This document shows positions 12,021 through 24,160 of a stretch of 64,000 bases of DNA, one piece after another. The translations under genes and the position numbers were made by a program. Under the pieces are notes generated by a model. The model worked only from the letters and a program-made list of their open reading frames with translations. It was not told where the DNA came from and ran no database searches. The DNA is from Centroscyllium fabricii (taxonomy: Eukaryota), in the NCBI GenBank assembly GCA_051313645.2, contig JBNRSN020000025.1, forward strand, positions 79,174,001 through 79,238,000. The letters run 5' to 3'. Positions within the stretch are counted from its first letter, which is position 1. Every line of letters begins with the position of its first letter.

Positions 12021-13022
12021 CGCTGGAAAAATTGGGTTGGTTGCGCCTCCCGTTAGCACCTTAGGAGGGCGCTAATGGGGGTGCAAAGCAACTCGCGCCC
12101 GGGAGTGGCGAGTTTAGCGCCGCTTGGTAAATTAACTAGGCATTTTGTGGCGGCGCTAAGCACTACCACCACAATCTCCTGCACCGGCAGATGGTGACGT
12201 CATTGGAGTGCGCAACGCCCCAGAAGCGCCCCGGATCAGATATTGAGTGGCGCCCCCTGCCTTACCGCCTGCAGCTAACAACGATAGGTTGAGGGGAGCG
12301 TTCTGCATTCAGAAGGGAACTGGGGGAGCGCTATTTAAAGCTGACTGCTTCCCGCCTTTTTTTGTTGGTGACATTTTTGCACCTTGCATTCTGAGAGAGT
12401 GAGAGAGAGACTTCTGGAGAGATTCAACACTGTGTGAAGGAGTTTTGGGTACTGAGCAGCACGTTGCAGGTTCATTTTGATTTGCCCTTCCTTGTGTCGA
12501 TTTAGAAGAGAATGTGGGGGCTGCACTCAGCTCTTTCCCTGGGTCTCTCCGTTGTTCTTTCCAGCAGATTTGATGTACCTGTCTCTCCAGGCCGAGATTC
12601 AAGGCTGCAATGAGCAGGATGTGGATGGAGAGCAAGATCGACCCTCCCCTTTAAGATAAAAACAGAAAATGCTGGAGAAACTCAGCAGGTCAAGCAGCAT
12701 CTGTGAAGAGAGAAACAGAGTTAACGTTTCAGGTCGATGACCATTCGTCAGAACTCTCCTTTAAGAATTGGACGGTGCCAGTGTGTCTGTGTTCCATTGC
12801 AGACTGACATCACATGAGCTTTGCCAGCGCTCTGAGGTAACGCCTCGCTCCTTGACCTTTGCGCCTTAAGAGAGGTGTGTAGCGCCTGATATAGTGTGCA
12901 ATCACCTCCAGGGGCGATAAAACCCGAGTTTGCTGTTGGTGGTGCTAATTTGCACCAGGCGCTAAATTTAGCGCTGCGCCGACTATAGCGCCACAAACGT
13001 GGCGATACTGAATTTTTCCCCC
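12021..13022. mobile_element. Harbinger-type MITE (GCGCTAA family) containing a Penelope-like fragment
   Basis: GGAAAAATT...AATTTTTCC termini; GCGCTAAATTTAGCGCTGCGCC block shared with 9661-9685. Confidence 0.6.
12657..12753 (-). mobile_element. Penelope-like pLTR 3' fragment (family P2) with a minimal hammerhead motif
   Basis: Minus strand reads AGTT-CTGACGA-ATGGTCATCGACCT-GAAACGTT-AACT; ~13-bp TSD CTC(C/T)CCTTTAAGA. Confidence 0.75.
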
Positions 13023-13150
13023 GATACGTTTAACCAGTTTGAGGATCGCAGCAGTACCTCTAAAAACCACAATTAAAAACATGCCAAAATTTAGAGTAAG
13101 TTTGCATATTGCTCTTGACCAGGGTTCATACTAACCCAAGCTGAAGGGGT

Positions 13151-13247
13151 TGACGAAAGGTCTTCGACCTGAAACGTTAACTCAGTTTCTCCCTCTACCG
13201 ATGCTGCCTGGCCTGCTGAGTTTTTCCAGCATTTACTGTTGTTATTA
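13151..13247 (+). mobile_element. Penelope-like pLTR 3' fragment (family P2)
   Basis: TGACGA-AAGGTCTTCGACCT-GAAACGTTAACT; flanked by TGAAGGGGT / TGAAAGGGT. Confidence 0.75.
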
Positions 13248-14002
13248 TGAAAGGGTGAATATCTCCTCTTCCATATCCATACCATGAAATTGACCAAAAT
13301 TCAGCAAAAATGGGCAACAAACTCAGATGGTGTCGGATATGAGAAAATTCACACTGAGATTCGGATTCAGATTCAGATTATGCCACATTTGTGGGCCAAA
13401 GAAGAGGGAGTTTCGCTCAGGGACACAATCCCACACAAAGCTAAATCAAGCAAGGTCGAACAGAGACAACTATCTGGTTGTAAAATAGCAGGGGGGCTGC
13501 CTATATCACCAAATGGATGCTTCCAGCCATCCAACACCAGGTTACAATGGGAGCTCCTCTAGCCGTCAGTTCGGCAGTGTATTTTCTCAGAGGACCTTTG
13601 ACCTCCACTGAGATCACCATAACAGCAGCCTACATCCTTTTGAGACACACAAAGAAAAAAAATCTGCAGTCAAAACTCCCTTTCTCAGTTTCTTTCTGTG
13701 CCTTAAGCAAGCAAAATCCCTGGAATAAGGAACATCCAAAAGATTAGGGAAGAGGCCAAAACCACATCAGAACAACAACAGAGTAATGAATAACGTAACA
13801 TGGAGAAGAAATGCCAGGGGATGACTACTTGTTCCAGCTAGTAACAGTTCCTATGAGTTTGGCTGTGTCGGTAGTGTGAGATTAGGAATGTGTTGTGATG
13901 TCGTGTATTGTAAGGGTTTTGCAGTATTTAAATGGGGCCTCTATACATCCCATGTGAATAAAGTATCATCGTGTATTAGTTTTCATCCCTGTCCATTTTT
14001 AG

Positions 14003-14100
14003 AACCTGACCAGCTGGGGCCTGCTGCAAGAGAAAGTTGCCAGAGGGCAGCCCGTGTTTCCTTTGCAGGTGTTGTACAGTAAAGGCATCGTGGAAATGTG
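14003..14100 (+). CDS. Candidate host exon, unidentified (NLTSWGLLQEKVARGQPVFPLQVLYSKGIVEM)
   Basis: Pyrimidine tract plus TAG acceptor at 14002, GTAAGC donor at 14101, one open frame, in non-repetitive DNA. Confidence 0.4.
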
Positions 14101-14533
14101 GTAAGCACAGAGCAGAGCAAATTTGGAATTATAGGCGCGAGCAGGTTCATGACCATGCCCATCTGGAAACTCCCTGAAAATCCCAGAGCAGCGTAAAGGG
14201 GTCAAGACTCGATATATAGCTCACTTTTCCTCTCTGCCTGGGAAATGAATGTACCCGAGGCACTCCGGCAGGACATGTTGGGACTCGAATCGTCTGTTCT
14301 TCCTTGTATTGTAGAGTCACTGACTACCTTGAACAAAGCTAACCAATTGGACATTGGCAGGTAGAGGCCTAGCTTGACAGCTGGAAGAAAAGCTCTTCAT
14401 CATACCAATGGACACTTTGGAGCTCAACTGGATTGTCCTGAGTTTCCTCAATATCCATACACTTTCTGGCATCGTGTGCAGTGTTAGTTGGTGCAAGTAT
14501 TTTAAGACAATGCTGCTTTATTTGGAAAACTAA

Positions 14534-15337
14534 GGGGGGCATTTTCGCAAAGGTGTGGGGAATTGGCGGGTTTTGGGCAGATCAGGTTTCTGACACAATT
14601 GTTCAAGGGCCTGGACGTCGCATGCAATTTTGGCTTAATTGGCCAATTAAGTGCCCTCATGTCAGAGCCCCTGCCAATACACAATTTCCAGTCAGAAAGC
14701 GTGGGTTGCTGCAGTTGTGTTTTTAGAGCTGCAGGAACATTTGATGGGCAGGTCTGAAGAGGTTGTTTCCTTTCAATGTTGACACAGTCCATTGTGAGTC
14801 GCTAATGTCAACAAATGCTAAACCGCAAGACTTTTTGATTGGCAGGTTTAAGGACGCGCTGTTTAGAGCACCTGTATTTGAAGCAGTAGAAATCATCCAA
14901 CAGGTCAGTCTTTAAAAGGTGTTTTTCACAGCTGATTTTCAACCTATGGAGATACTTACACCTCCAGGGTGTTGAAGGCCTGTAAGGCATCCTGCTACAG
15001 GTGCTTCAATGCCTTGAAGGTGAAAGTGAGCAAACCAAATGTGTTCCCGTTAGGTTTCACCGGCGGGGTTTCAGGATGGCAGGATATGGGTGGGAAACGC
15101 TTTAAAATAGCGGAGGGTCCTTAAAATGGGATTACCTCTGGCAGTTAAGGGCCCTCAATGAGCATTACGATCATCCCCGCCGGTGGCGGGCGGGAATGAT
15201 TCGGGTCGGCTAGACTCGCTGGCTGCAAACTGGAAAGCGGCGGGGATCTGGCGAGAGAGGTCGGGACCACCAGGTTTCATAATTTTAAGCCCCGCCCCTC
15301 CGAAAACCCGCCCTCATGGCCCGAGGAAAATCCCCCC
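14534..15337. mobile_element. Harbinger-type non-autonomous element
   Basis: TIR GGGGGGCATTTTC / GAAAATCCCCCC; TAA/TTA flanks (TWA target); related inverted copy at 37075-37727. Confidence 0.8.
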
Positions 15338-15523
15338 TTAAATGACTCGCAGAGCCTCATTGTTGGCTAGGGTTCATATCTTATTGCATAATGAAATAGT
15401 GTTCATGGAAACAAATGTGGACTTCAAAATGGAGTGCTACCAAAAAACGGGAGCACAGGGCGCATAGAGGGAGATCCCTGAACCGGAATGGATAGGCCCA
15501 AGGAGCACGTAATATTGGACCTC

Positions 15524-16134
15524 GGGCCTGATTATCATCAAACCAGCAAACTATTGACACCTAATGGGTGCCTCCAGGCACCTGGCCAGAAATGAAGCCT
15601 TGAAGAGGAAGCCAATGCATTGCCTGAAGCCGCCTTCAGGTAAGTCCTTAAAGAGAAATGGGAAAAGGGGGCGCGATCGGGAGAGGGCGACACTTGGGTT
15701 AAGTGAGCAATAAGGAGAAGGAGGCGATCGGGAGAAGGAGGACAATCGGGAGAAGGAGATTGGTGGGGATTGGGAATAGAGGCAGAAGCAGCCGAAAGCT
15801 GGGTGGGGGAGGGTGGTGGCGGTGATCAAGGAGGAGGGTGGCAATTGGGCGAGGGAAGCAGTGCCCTGAATGGTTTCAATGTGGGGTCGCGAGGACCACT
15901 CCTGAAGCTCCAAGATCCACATTCGGGTAAGTATATTTTAAAATCGTATAATTTTGCTGTGCGGCCTGCAATGGACCCTTTAAAGACCGCCTGTTTGGTC
16001 AATTGTAGACCTGGTTCCCCTGAACGCACCTTGTGTCTCAGGACTACCCAATATTGCAGTGGGAGCCTCAAACATATTGGAGGCATAGGAGGCTATTTAG
16101 CGCCCAACTGGGCGATTGATAAAGTCTTTAGCCC
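15524..16134. mobile_element. Probable decayed Harbinger-type MITE
   Basis: GGGCCTGATTATCATCAA / TTGATAAAGTCTTTAGCCCC degenerate termini. Confidence 0.4.
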
Positions 16135-17016
16135 CTCAAAGAGGTGATGAAATACCTTCCCCTGCTCATCACACAGAACCTCTGAGCCTCTCAGCCAAAT
16201 GAGCAAAAATATTAAGTGACCAGCATGAGAAGTTGCAAGTATTAATAAATCACACTGAAACTGCAATGATCTGCTGTCAATTTCAGGTCAATTTCATTAA
16301 TTTAAAATCAACCAAGCAGTTCTTTAGAGCTCCGTCAAACTCAAAGCCTCAGCATTGGTAAGTAGATTTCACAGTATAATTTTACTTCCTTAAAAAGGAA
16401 AAATGATTGGAATGAAATAACAATAAGAATCTACACAAAGGATAATAAATCCAACATGGGTCAGTTTATGTGACAGTCCCAAAAGAAAAATGAAAATCTA
16501 ATTTTTCTATAAATTTCTAATGCTGCACATTATAAAACACAATTGGAGAAAAGTATACAGCCACTGCAAAACTTTTAATTCAAGAGATCATGTCTGACTT
16601 TCTGTTTTCTTTTTAATAAAACCAAATAATTCCTCCATTCTCTTCCCCTGAGCTATCACTTCATAATTGACAGTAATGCACGGGATTGTAAAATTAATTT
16701 AATCTCCATACCATGCTCAGATTACCACAATTGTCATCAGCCACGTAATAAACTGTTTCATTCATAGCTAACAATTCCAGTTTTCCTTTCACTGACTAAA
16801 AATAACTTCAAAATTCCTGTAACTTTCCAAGTATTAATAAATGAAATGTTTTTTGAAACTGGATTGTGCTGTTTCTCCGCTTGCTTCTATGCAGCATCTG
16901 AAAGTAACAGAAAGTAACGTTTTCTATGTGTGTTCCCAGAAAAGGGCATTCGGGTCAAGAAAGGATGTATTCCCTCAAAATGCTCTAAGACCATTACCCT
17001 TTCCCTTTAATGTACG

Positions 17017-17108
17017 AAGTCACACAACACCAGGTTAGAGTCCAACAGCTTTATTAGAAATCACAAGTTTTCGGAGCGCTGCTCCTTCGTCAGGTGAAGT
17101 GAAGAGAT
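17017..17108 (-). mobile_element. Penelope-like pLTR fragment (family P1) with a hammerhead-like core
   Basis: Minus strand reads TCAC-CTGACGA-AGGAGCAGCGCTCC-GAAAACTT-GTGA; homologous to the arms at 38199-38635. Confidence 0.75.
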
Positions 17109-17114
17109 GCATAT

Positions 17115-20100
17115 TGATGCGATGACGTCACCATGACTTCCGGTGTGATGATGTCACCGGGACTTCCGGTGTGGTGACGTCACCAACCGCGGGCTCTTTA
17201 AATAAGCCTGCTCCAGGTGGATCAGTCTCTTTGCTACCTGGCCCTTGTAATGTATTAAACAAGTGATTTCTGTCTCTCTGGCTCCCGCGTGGTTCTTCAG
17301 GCCTGCATGCACTACAGTGGTGACCCCGTACTTAGAACGTCTTCCAAGGGAACAAAAATGAAGCAGTTGCTGCAGGACTGAGGGCCAAGCTGCCTCAGAG
17401 CACTTCCAACCAACATGCCATCAGCAAGCCAAGCAGCGCGATCTCAAAGATTGGGCCAGAACTCCGGCCACAGAGTAACTCTGCCAGAGTTCTGGGAGCT
17501 ACGCCCAGCGGCCTGGTTCCTCTGCATTGAAACCACCTACCGCATCCATCGCGTCCAGGAGGATGACCGCTACGACCTGCTCTTCGCGGCCCTACCATAG
17601 ACCACGGTCGATCGGATGTGGCCGACGTTACAGCGTGCACCAGCAGCAGGCAGGTACGAATACCTTAAGGCCGCGCTGCTCAAAAAATTCACCCCCTCCC
17701 AATTTGAGCGCGACTGCCAGCTCATCAACCTCCCCGAACTCTGGGACGCAGACCCATCGGACCTTTGGGCCCAAATGGAAGCGCTGAATTCAGACCCAGC
17801 CTCCGTCAAGCGCACCTTGTTCCTCCTCAAACTGCCCCCCTCCGTCAGACCGGCTCTGACAGCCCTCTGCCACTACAGCGGAGAACGGCTGGCTGAGGAG
17901 GCCGACAAGCTCATGACGGCCGAGCGCTCCCGCTCCGCCACGTGCGAGCCCGTTGCCACGGCATCGGAGCCCCGCCACGCGCACCCCAGGTCCGACCCCA
18001 AGTCTAAACACAGACCAACGCGACCCCGCAAAAGGCCGTGCACATCGGGCACCGGCTGGTGTTACTACCACACCCGGTTTGAAGCGAAAGCGCAGCGCTG
18101 CGTCCAGCCCTGCACTTTTAAACCCCAGCCCAGCTCAAGCCCCACCATGTCCGTAGGCCGCTCTGGAGCACTGCTCTACATCACGGACAGCGGCACAGGC
18201 CTCCGGTTCCTCTGCGACACAGGCGCGCAGCACAGCATCGTGCCAGCCTCCCCCGCAGAAACCAAGCAAGGCACCCGGAGCCCACCACTCGAAGCCGCAA
18301 ACGGCTCCGAAATAATAACGTAATGCACCCGCAAGCTCACCATCAAGCTAGCAGGCCACACGTACCTTTGGGACTTTATCACCGCCCAAGTCAAACTACC
18401 CCTCCCCGGCGCCGACTGGTCGACATCCATAACATGTCGACCATCCCATGCTCCACAGGGCCGGCACACCAGGCCCACGCAGCGGCACACTGCCGAGCCC
18501 GGAACTCCGACACGTACGGCACGCTCCTCGCGGAGTTCCCAACCCTCACCAACCCTACCTTCACAGCCCGTACGGCCAAACATGGGGTGGAGCATCACAT
18601 CACCACCACCGGCCCTCCCGTCCATGCCCACACCCGCAGGCTGGACCCGGCAAAACTGGAGATCGTGCATACCGAGTTCCGCACCATGGAACAACTCGGC
18701 ATAATCCGCCGCTCCAGCAGCCCCTGGGCCTCCCCCCTCCACATCGCCCCCAAGCCGGGCGGTGGCTGGCGCCCCTGCGGAGACTACTGCCGCCTCAACA
18801 ACGCCACCACCCCAGACAGGTACCCCGTCCCCCACATCCAAGATTTCTCAGCAAGGTTAGCGGGCTGCACAGTCTTTTCCAAGATCGACCTGGTACGGGG
18901 CTACCACCAGGTACCAGTGCACCCGGCGGATGTCCCTAAGACAGCCGTCATTACCCCATTTGGACTATTCGAATTTCTCCGAATGCACTTCGGACTCAAA
19001 AACGCGGCCCAGGCCTTCCAACGCCTCATGGACTCAGTCCTACGGGACTTGCAGTTCACGTTCGTCTACCTGGACGACATCCTCGTGGCCAGCACCTCCC
19101 CCCAGGAACACCTCCTCCATCTCAGGACCCTGTTCAAACGCCTGGTCGAACATGGCCTCATATTAAGCCCCTCCAAATGCCGGTTCGGCCTCGAGACGAT
19201 CGACTTCCTCGGCCACCGCATTTCCCAGACCGGGGCCATACCCCTGCCCTCCAAGGTGCGGGTGGTCCAGGAATTCCTCCACCCGCACTCCATCAAGGGG
19301 CTGCAGGAATTCCTCAGGATGGTTAATTTTTATAACTGCTTCAACCCAGGAGCAGCCGCTCTCATGGCACCCCTTTATCAGGCCAACCGCGGGCAGTCTA
19401 ACAAAACTGCGGTCGAGTGGACGGCCGAAGCCACCACCGCCTTCACCGCAACCAAAACCGCCCTGGCCAACGCCATGCTCCTAGCCCACCCTAGGCCCAA
19501 CGCCAGAGTGGCCCTCACCACCGACGCCTCTGACCACACAGTCGGAGCGGTCTACAAGCAGTGGACCGGCAACTCCTGGCAACCCCTGGCCTTTTTCAGC
19601 CGACAACTTCGGCCCCCAGAGGTTAAGTATAGCGCCTTTGACAGGGAGCTACTCACTCTCTACCTCGCAGTGCGTCACTTCCGCTTCCTCTTAGAGGGCC
19701 ACCACTTTACAGCCTTCGTGGATCACAAGCCACTTGTGTCCGCAATGGCTAAGATCGCCGAACCCTGGTCGGCCAGGCAGCAGCGCCAGCTCGCGGCCAT
19801 GTCAGAATTTACCACCGACATACAGCACATCGCCGGCCGCGACAACGTGGTTGCTGACTGCCTGTCACGCCCCACCATCAGCGCCGTACAAACGGTGGTC
19901 GACTACGCCAAACTGGCGGCCGACCAACTAACCGACCCTGACCTGCTCGACCCAGCTACCAACCTCCCCGGCCTGCACTTGGCCAGCGTAGCACACGGGC
20001 CCACAGCTACAGTGGTCCGCTGCGACATCTCCCTCCCGCAGCCCTGACCCGTCGTCCCCCACGCATGGAGGCGACACATCTTCCAGACCCTTCATGGCCT

Positions 20101-20771
20101 GTCCCACCCTGGCACCCGCGCGTCCACTAAGCTGATTTCGGCATGTTTCGTCCGGCGCGGCCTGCGCAAGGATGTCCGCGCCTGGACCAACGCCTGCACT
20201 GCCTGCCAGCGCGCCAAGGTGCACAAACACATCAAGGCACCGCTGGAAACGTTCACCATCCCAGCTAGACGCTTCGACCACGTCCACATCGACCTGGTCG
20301 GACCACTACCGCCATCACGGGGACACACGCACGTCATGACCATGGTCGAACGCAGCACTCGCTGGCCAGAGGCAGTCCCACTCATCGCTACCAGCACCGC
20401 GGACCTGGCCAGGGCCTTCATCGCCACCTGGGTCGCGCGTTTCGGCATACCCACCGACATCATGTCGGACAGGGGCCCCCAATTCACGTCAACACTATGG
20501 GCGACCATCGCCCGAAACCTCGGGGTAACCCTGCACCGAACCACCGCTTACCACCCTGTCATGCTATCATTACATTGTGGCGACACGCCCACCAAAGCCA
20601 TCGAATCCGCCTCGGGAGTACTGCGGGGCACGGCCCCGCCCATCGGGTGACGCGATGACGTCACCATGACTTCCGGCGTGATGATGTCACCGGGACTTCC
20701 GGCGTGGTGACGTCACCAACTGCGGGCTCTTTAAATAAGCCTGTTCCAGGTAGATCAGTCTCTTTGCTACC
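17115..20771 (+). mobile_element. Defective Gypsy family B element
   Basis: Partial 5' LTR 17115-17316; PBS TGGTGACCCCG 17318-17328; gag (LPEFW, CYYH...C), PR (LCDTGAQ), RT (YLDD), RNase H, partial IN; second LTR 20576-20771. Confidence 0.92.
17415..20556 (+). pseudogene. Gypsy B gag-pol broken by stops and frameshifts
   Basis: ORF pieces 17415-17600, 17616-18323, 18323-20047 and 20219-20556 are colinear with 46135-48846 and 45030-46010. Confidence 0.9.
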
Positions 20772-20989
20772 TAACCCGCACATCTTTGGACTGTGGGAGG
20801 AAACCGGAGCACCTGGAGGAAACCCACACAATGGCTAATCTAACCTTAGCCCCTTCACCTTCCTTTTATAAAGTGTGAAATGTGAGATTATCCACTTTGG
20901 TAGGAAGAATAGAAAAGCAAAATATCATTTAAAAGGAGAGAGACTACAGAATGCTGCGGGACAGAAGGATCTGGGTGTCTTTGTACATT

Positions 20990-21772
20990 GGGCGCGAAAT
21001 TGGAGCTCTAGCGCCCGTGGCTGAAATAGAGCAGCGCCCGCTGATTTATCGCTGGGCGCTGCCCGCGCCAGCTTTCTGTGGCCGTAACAGCACAGAAACA
21101 CAGAAGATAGCAGCAGGAGTAGGCCATTCGGCCCTTTGAGCCTGCTCCGCCATTCAATGAGATCATGGCTGATCATCCAAACCCAGCACCCCCCTCCTAC
21201 CCTCTCCCTATATCCTCGACACCCCCAACTCTAAGAACTATATCTCGCACACATACTCATGGACAATTTTCAGTATCTCCAATTCATCTAACCTGCATGT
21301 CTTTGGAGCGTTGCTTAAAGGGGAGTGCAGCGGTCGGCCATTTTTATTGCTGGCCGACTGCTAGCACCTTCCTCCTCCGTTGCTCCCCCGGCGGGGTCAG
21401 GCCTCCAGCAACTGAGCCCGGCACTTCCCTCCAGTGCCGGACTCCTTCTCCCGATTCTGGTCCCACGGCGGCCCCGCGGGGCTCCGGTCGCAGCCGCGCC
21501 AGGCCCCTCCCCTTTAATCAGTGAGGAAGGCCTGCCGTACCGCGGGCCGCCGCTACGCGCTCGTTGGTGCAGCACTGTGCCCATGCCCACGCCCCGATAT
21601 TTGGCCGCATCGCACCAAGAGCGAGGCGGCCTGCCTGATTTAGCACCCGCCCACCCATAATGGGCGACGCAGGCCAATTTCGGCCCTATTAGAGCCAGCG
21701 ATGAGCTGGCGCTAAAAATAGCGCATCTCCTGGATCAGCGCCACAAAATGTGGGCTGAACAATTTAGCCCCC
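20990..21772. mobile_element. Harbinger-type MITE(s) inserted in a CR1 fragment (20870-21855)
   Basis: GGGCGCGAAATTGG start; CCAATTTCGGCCC end at 21686 and a second end AATTTAGCCCCC at 21772. Confidence 0.55.
21086..21306 (-). mobile_element. 5'-truncated V-SINE-like element with CR1 tail
   Basis: Reverse complement of 1-213. Confidence 0.8.
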
Positions 21773-21852
21773 ACAAAGTTAGAAGACAGGTACAGCAAGT
21801 TATTATGAAGGTAAATGGAATGTTGGCCATTATTGCTCAGGGGATGGAGTAT

Positions 21853-22606
21853 AAGAACATAATAAGAACATAAGAAATAGGAGCAGGAGTCGGCCATTCG
21901 GCCCATCGAGCCTGCTCCGCCATTCATTGATATCATGGCTGATCTTCTGCCTCAACTCCATTCACCAGCCCTATCGCCATATCCTTTGATGTCCTTTCTA
22001 GTCAGAAATCTATCGACTTCTGTTTTGAATATACCCAATGACTGAGCCTCCACAGCCCTCTGGGGCAGAGAATTCCAAAGATTCTCCACCCTCTGTGTGA
22101 AGAAATTTCTTCTCGTCTCAGTCCTGAATGGCCGACCCTTTATCCTGAGGCTGTGGCCCCTGGTTCTAGACTCCCCAACAAGGGAAACATTCTCCCAGCA
22201 TCCATCCTATCAAACCCTGTAATAATTTTGTATGCTTCAATGAGATCCCCTCTCATTCTTCTGAATTAAAGAGAATACAGGCCGAGATTACTCAATCTCT
22301 TCTCATACGATAGTCCCGCCATCCCAGGAATCAATCTCGTGAACCTTCGTTGCACTCCCTCTATGGCAAGTATATCCTTCCTTAGGTAAGGAGATCAAAA
22401 TTGTACACAGTACTCCAGGTGTGGTCTCATCAAGGCCCTATATAATTGGAGTAAGACTTCTTTACTCTTTTTCTCAAATCCTCTTGTAATGAAGGCCAGC
22501 ATACCATTTGCCTCCCTAATGGCTTTCTTCACCTGCACATTCACTTTCAGTGACTCATGTACACAGACACCCAGATCCCTCTGAGCATTTCATTCCCCAA
22601 TCTTTC
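21853..22606 (-). mobile_element. CR1 LINE 3' portion
   Basis: (TTCTTATG)n-type tail; minus-strand RPHLEYCVQF and LWNSLP motifs. Confidence 0.85.
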
Positions 22607-24160
22607 AGTGAGAGGCGTTCAGAAAGGAAATTGAGAAAGTACAAGGGAAACATGTTCCCCTAAAGGTCAATGGTGGGACCAATAAGCCCAGAGAACCTTG
22701 GATGTCAAGGGATATACGTGAATTGATTCAGAAAAAAAGGGGGCTTTCGGCAGACATAAAGAAGTAAAGACAGAGGAGGCTCCAGAGGAGTATAGAAGGT
22801 GCAGGGGGTTACTGAAAAAAGAAATTAGGAGAGCGAGGAGGGGCCATGAGATAACCCTGGTGGGCAAAATAAAAGAAAATCCTAAGATGTTTTATAAATA
22901 TATTAAGGGCAAGAGGATAACGAGGGAAAGGGTGGGGCCAATTAGGGACCAAAGTGGGAATCTGTGTGTAGAGCCAGAGGATGTAGGTGGGGTTTTGAAT
23001 GAATTTTTTGCATCAGTGTTCACTGTGGAGAAGGGCGATGTGGACATAGAAATAAGACAGGAGGAATGTGATACACTTGATCATATTAGTATTGACAGGG
23101 AGGAGGTACTAGCGGTTTTAGCAGGCTTAAAAGTGGATAAGTCTCCAGGCCCTGACGAGATGTATCCCAGGCTGCTGGGTGAGGCTAAGGAAGAGATTGC
23201 AGGGGCTCTGACACAAATTTTCAGAACCTCTCTGGCCACAGGGGATGTACCGGAGGACTGGAGAATGGCCAATGTAGTGCCATTATTCAAGAAAGGTAGT
23301 AGGGAGAAACCAGGGAATTACAGGCCAGTGAGCCTGACATCAGTGTTGGGGAAATTACTAGAAAAAATACTGAGGGACAGAATTAGTCTCCACTTGGAGA
23401 GGCAAGGATTAAATAAGGATAGTCAGCATGGCTTCGTCAAGGGAAGATCATGTCTGACTAATTTGATTGAATTTTTTGAAGGGGTGACCAGGTGTGTGGA
23501 TGGTGGTAGTGCAGTGGATGTGGTATACATGGATTTTAGTAAGGCTTTTGATAAGGTCCCGCATAGGAGACTGGTCAAGAATGTAACAGCCCATGGGATC
23601 CAGGGCACCTTGGCACAGTGGATCCAAAACTGGCTTAGTGACAGGAGACAAAGGGTGATGGTCGAAGGTTGTTTTTGTGACTGGAAGCCTGTGTCCAGTG
23701 GGGTACCGCAGGGATCGGTGTTGGGTCCCTTTCTGTTTGTAGTCTATATTAACGATTTAGATATTAATGTAAAAGACATGATCAGTAAGTTTGCAGATGA
23801 CACAAAAGTTGGGGGGTTGGTAAATAGTGAGGAGGAAATCCGCAACATGCAGGACGACATAGAGGAGTTGGTCAGATTGGCGGAACAGTGGCAAATGGAA
23901 TTTAATCCTGAAAAGTGTGAGGTGATGCATTTCGGTAGGTCTAACATGGCAAGGGAATACACCATGATTGGTAGAAGTCTAGGGAAGACAGAGGATCAGA
24001 GGGACCTTGTGTGGTAATCATGTATATAACCACTGTATATAGTTGCCGGTTACCTGTGTAATATTGTAGGCTAGGTCAGCCACACCCATGACTCCTCACC
24101 TCAGGTCGGAGTATATAGGTGAGTGCTGACCTGCCCCCACTCATTCTTCACCTTGACCTC

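Noticed and set aside
16870-16920. Acceptor-like tract followed by GTAAC
   Set aside because: Weak donors and no coherent frame with other candidate exons.
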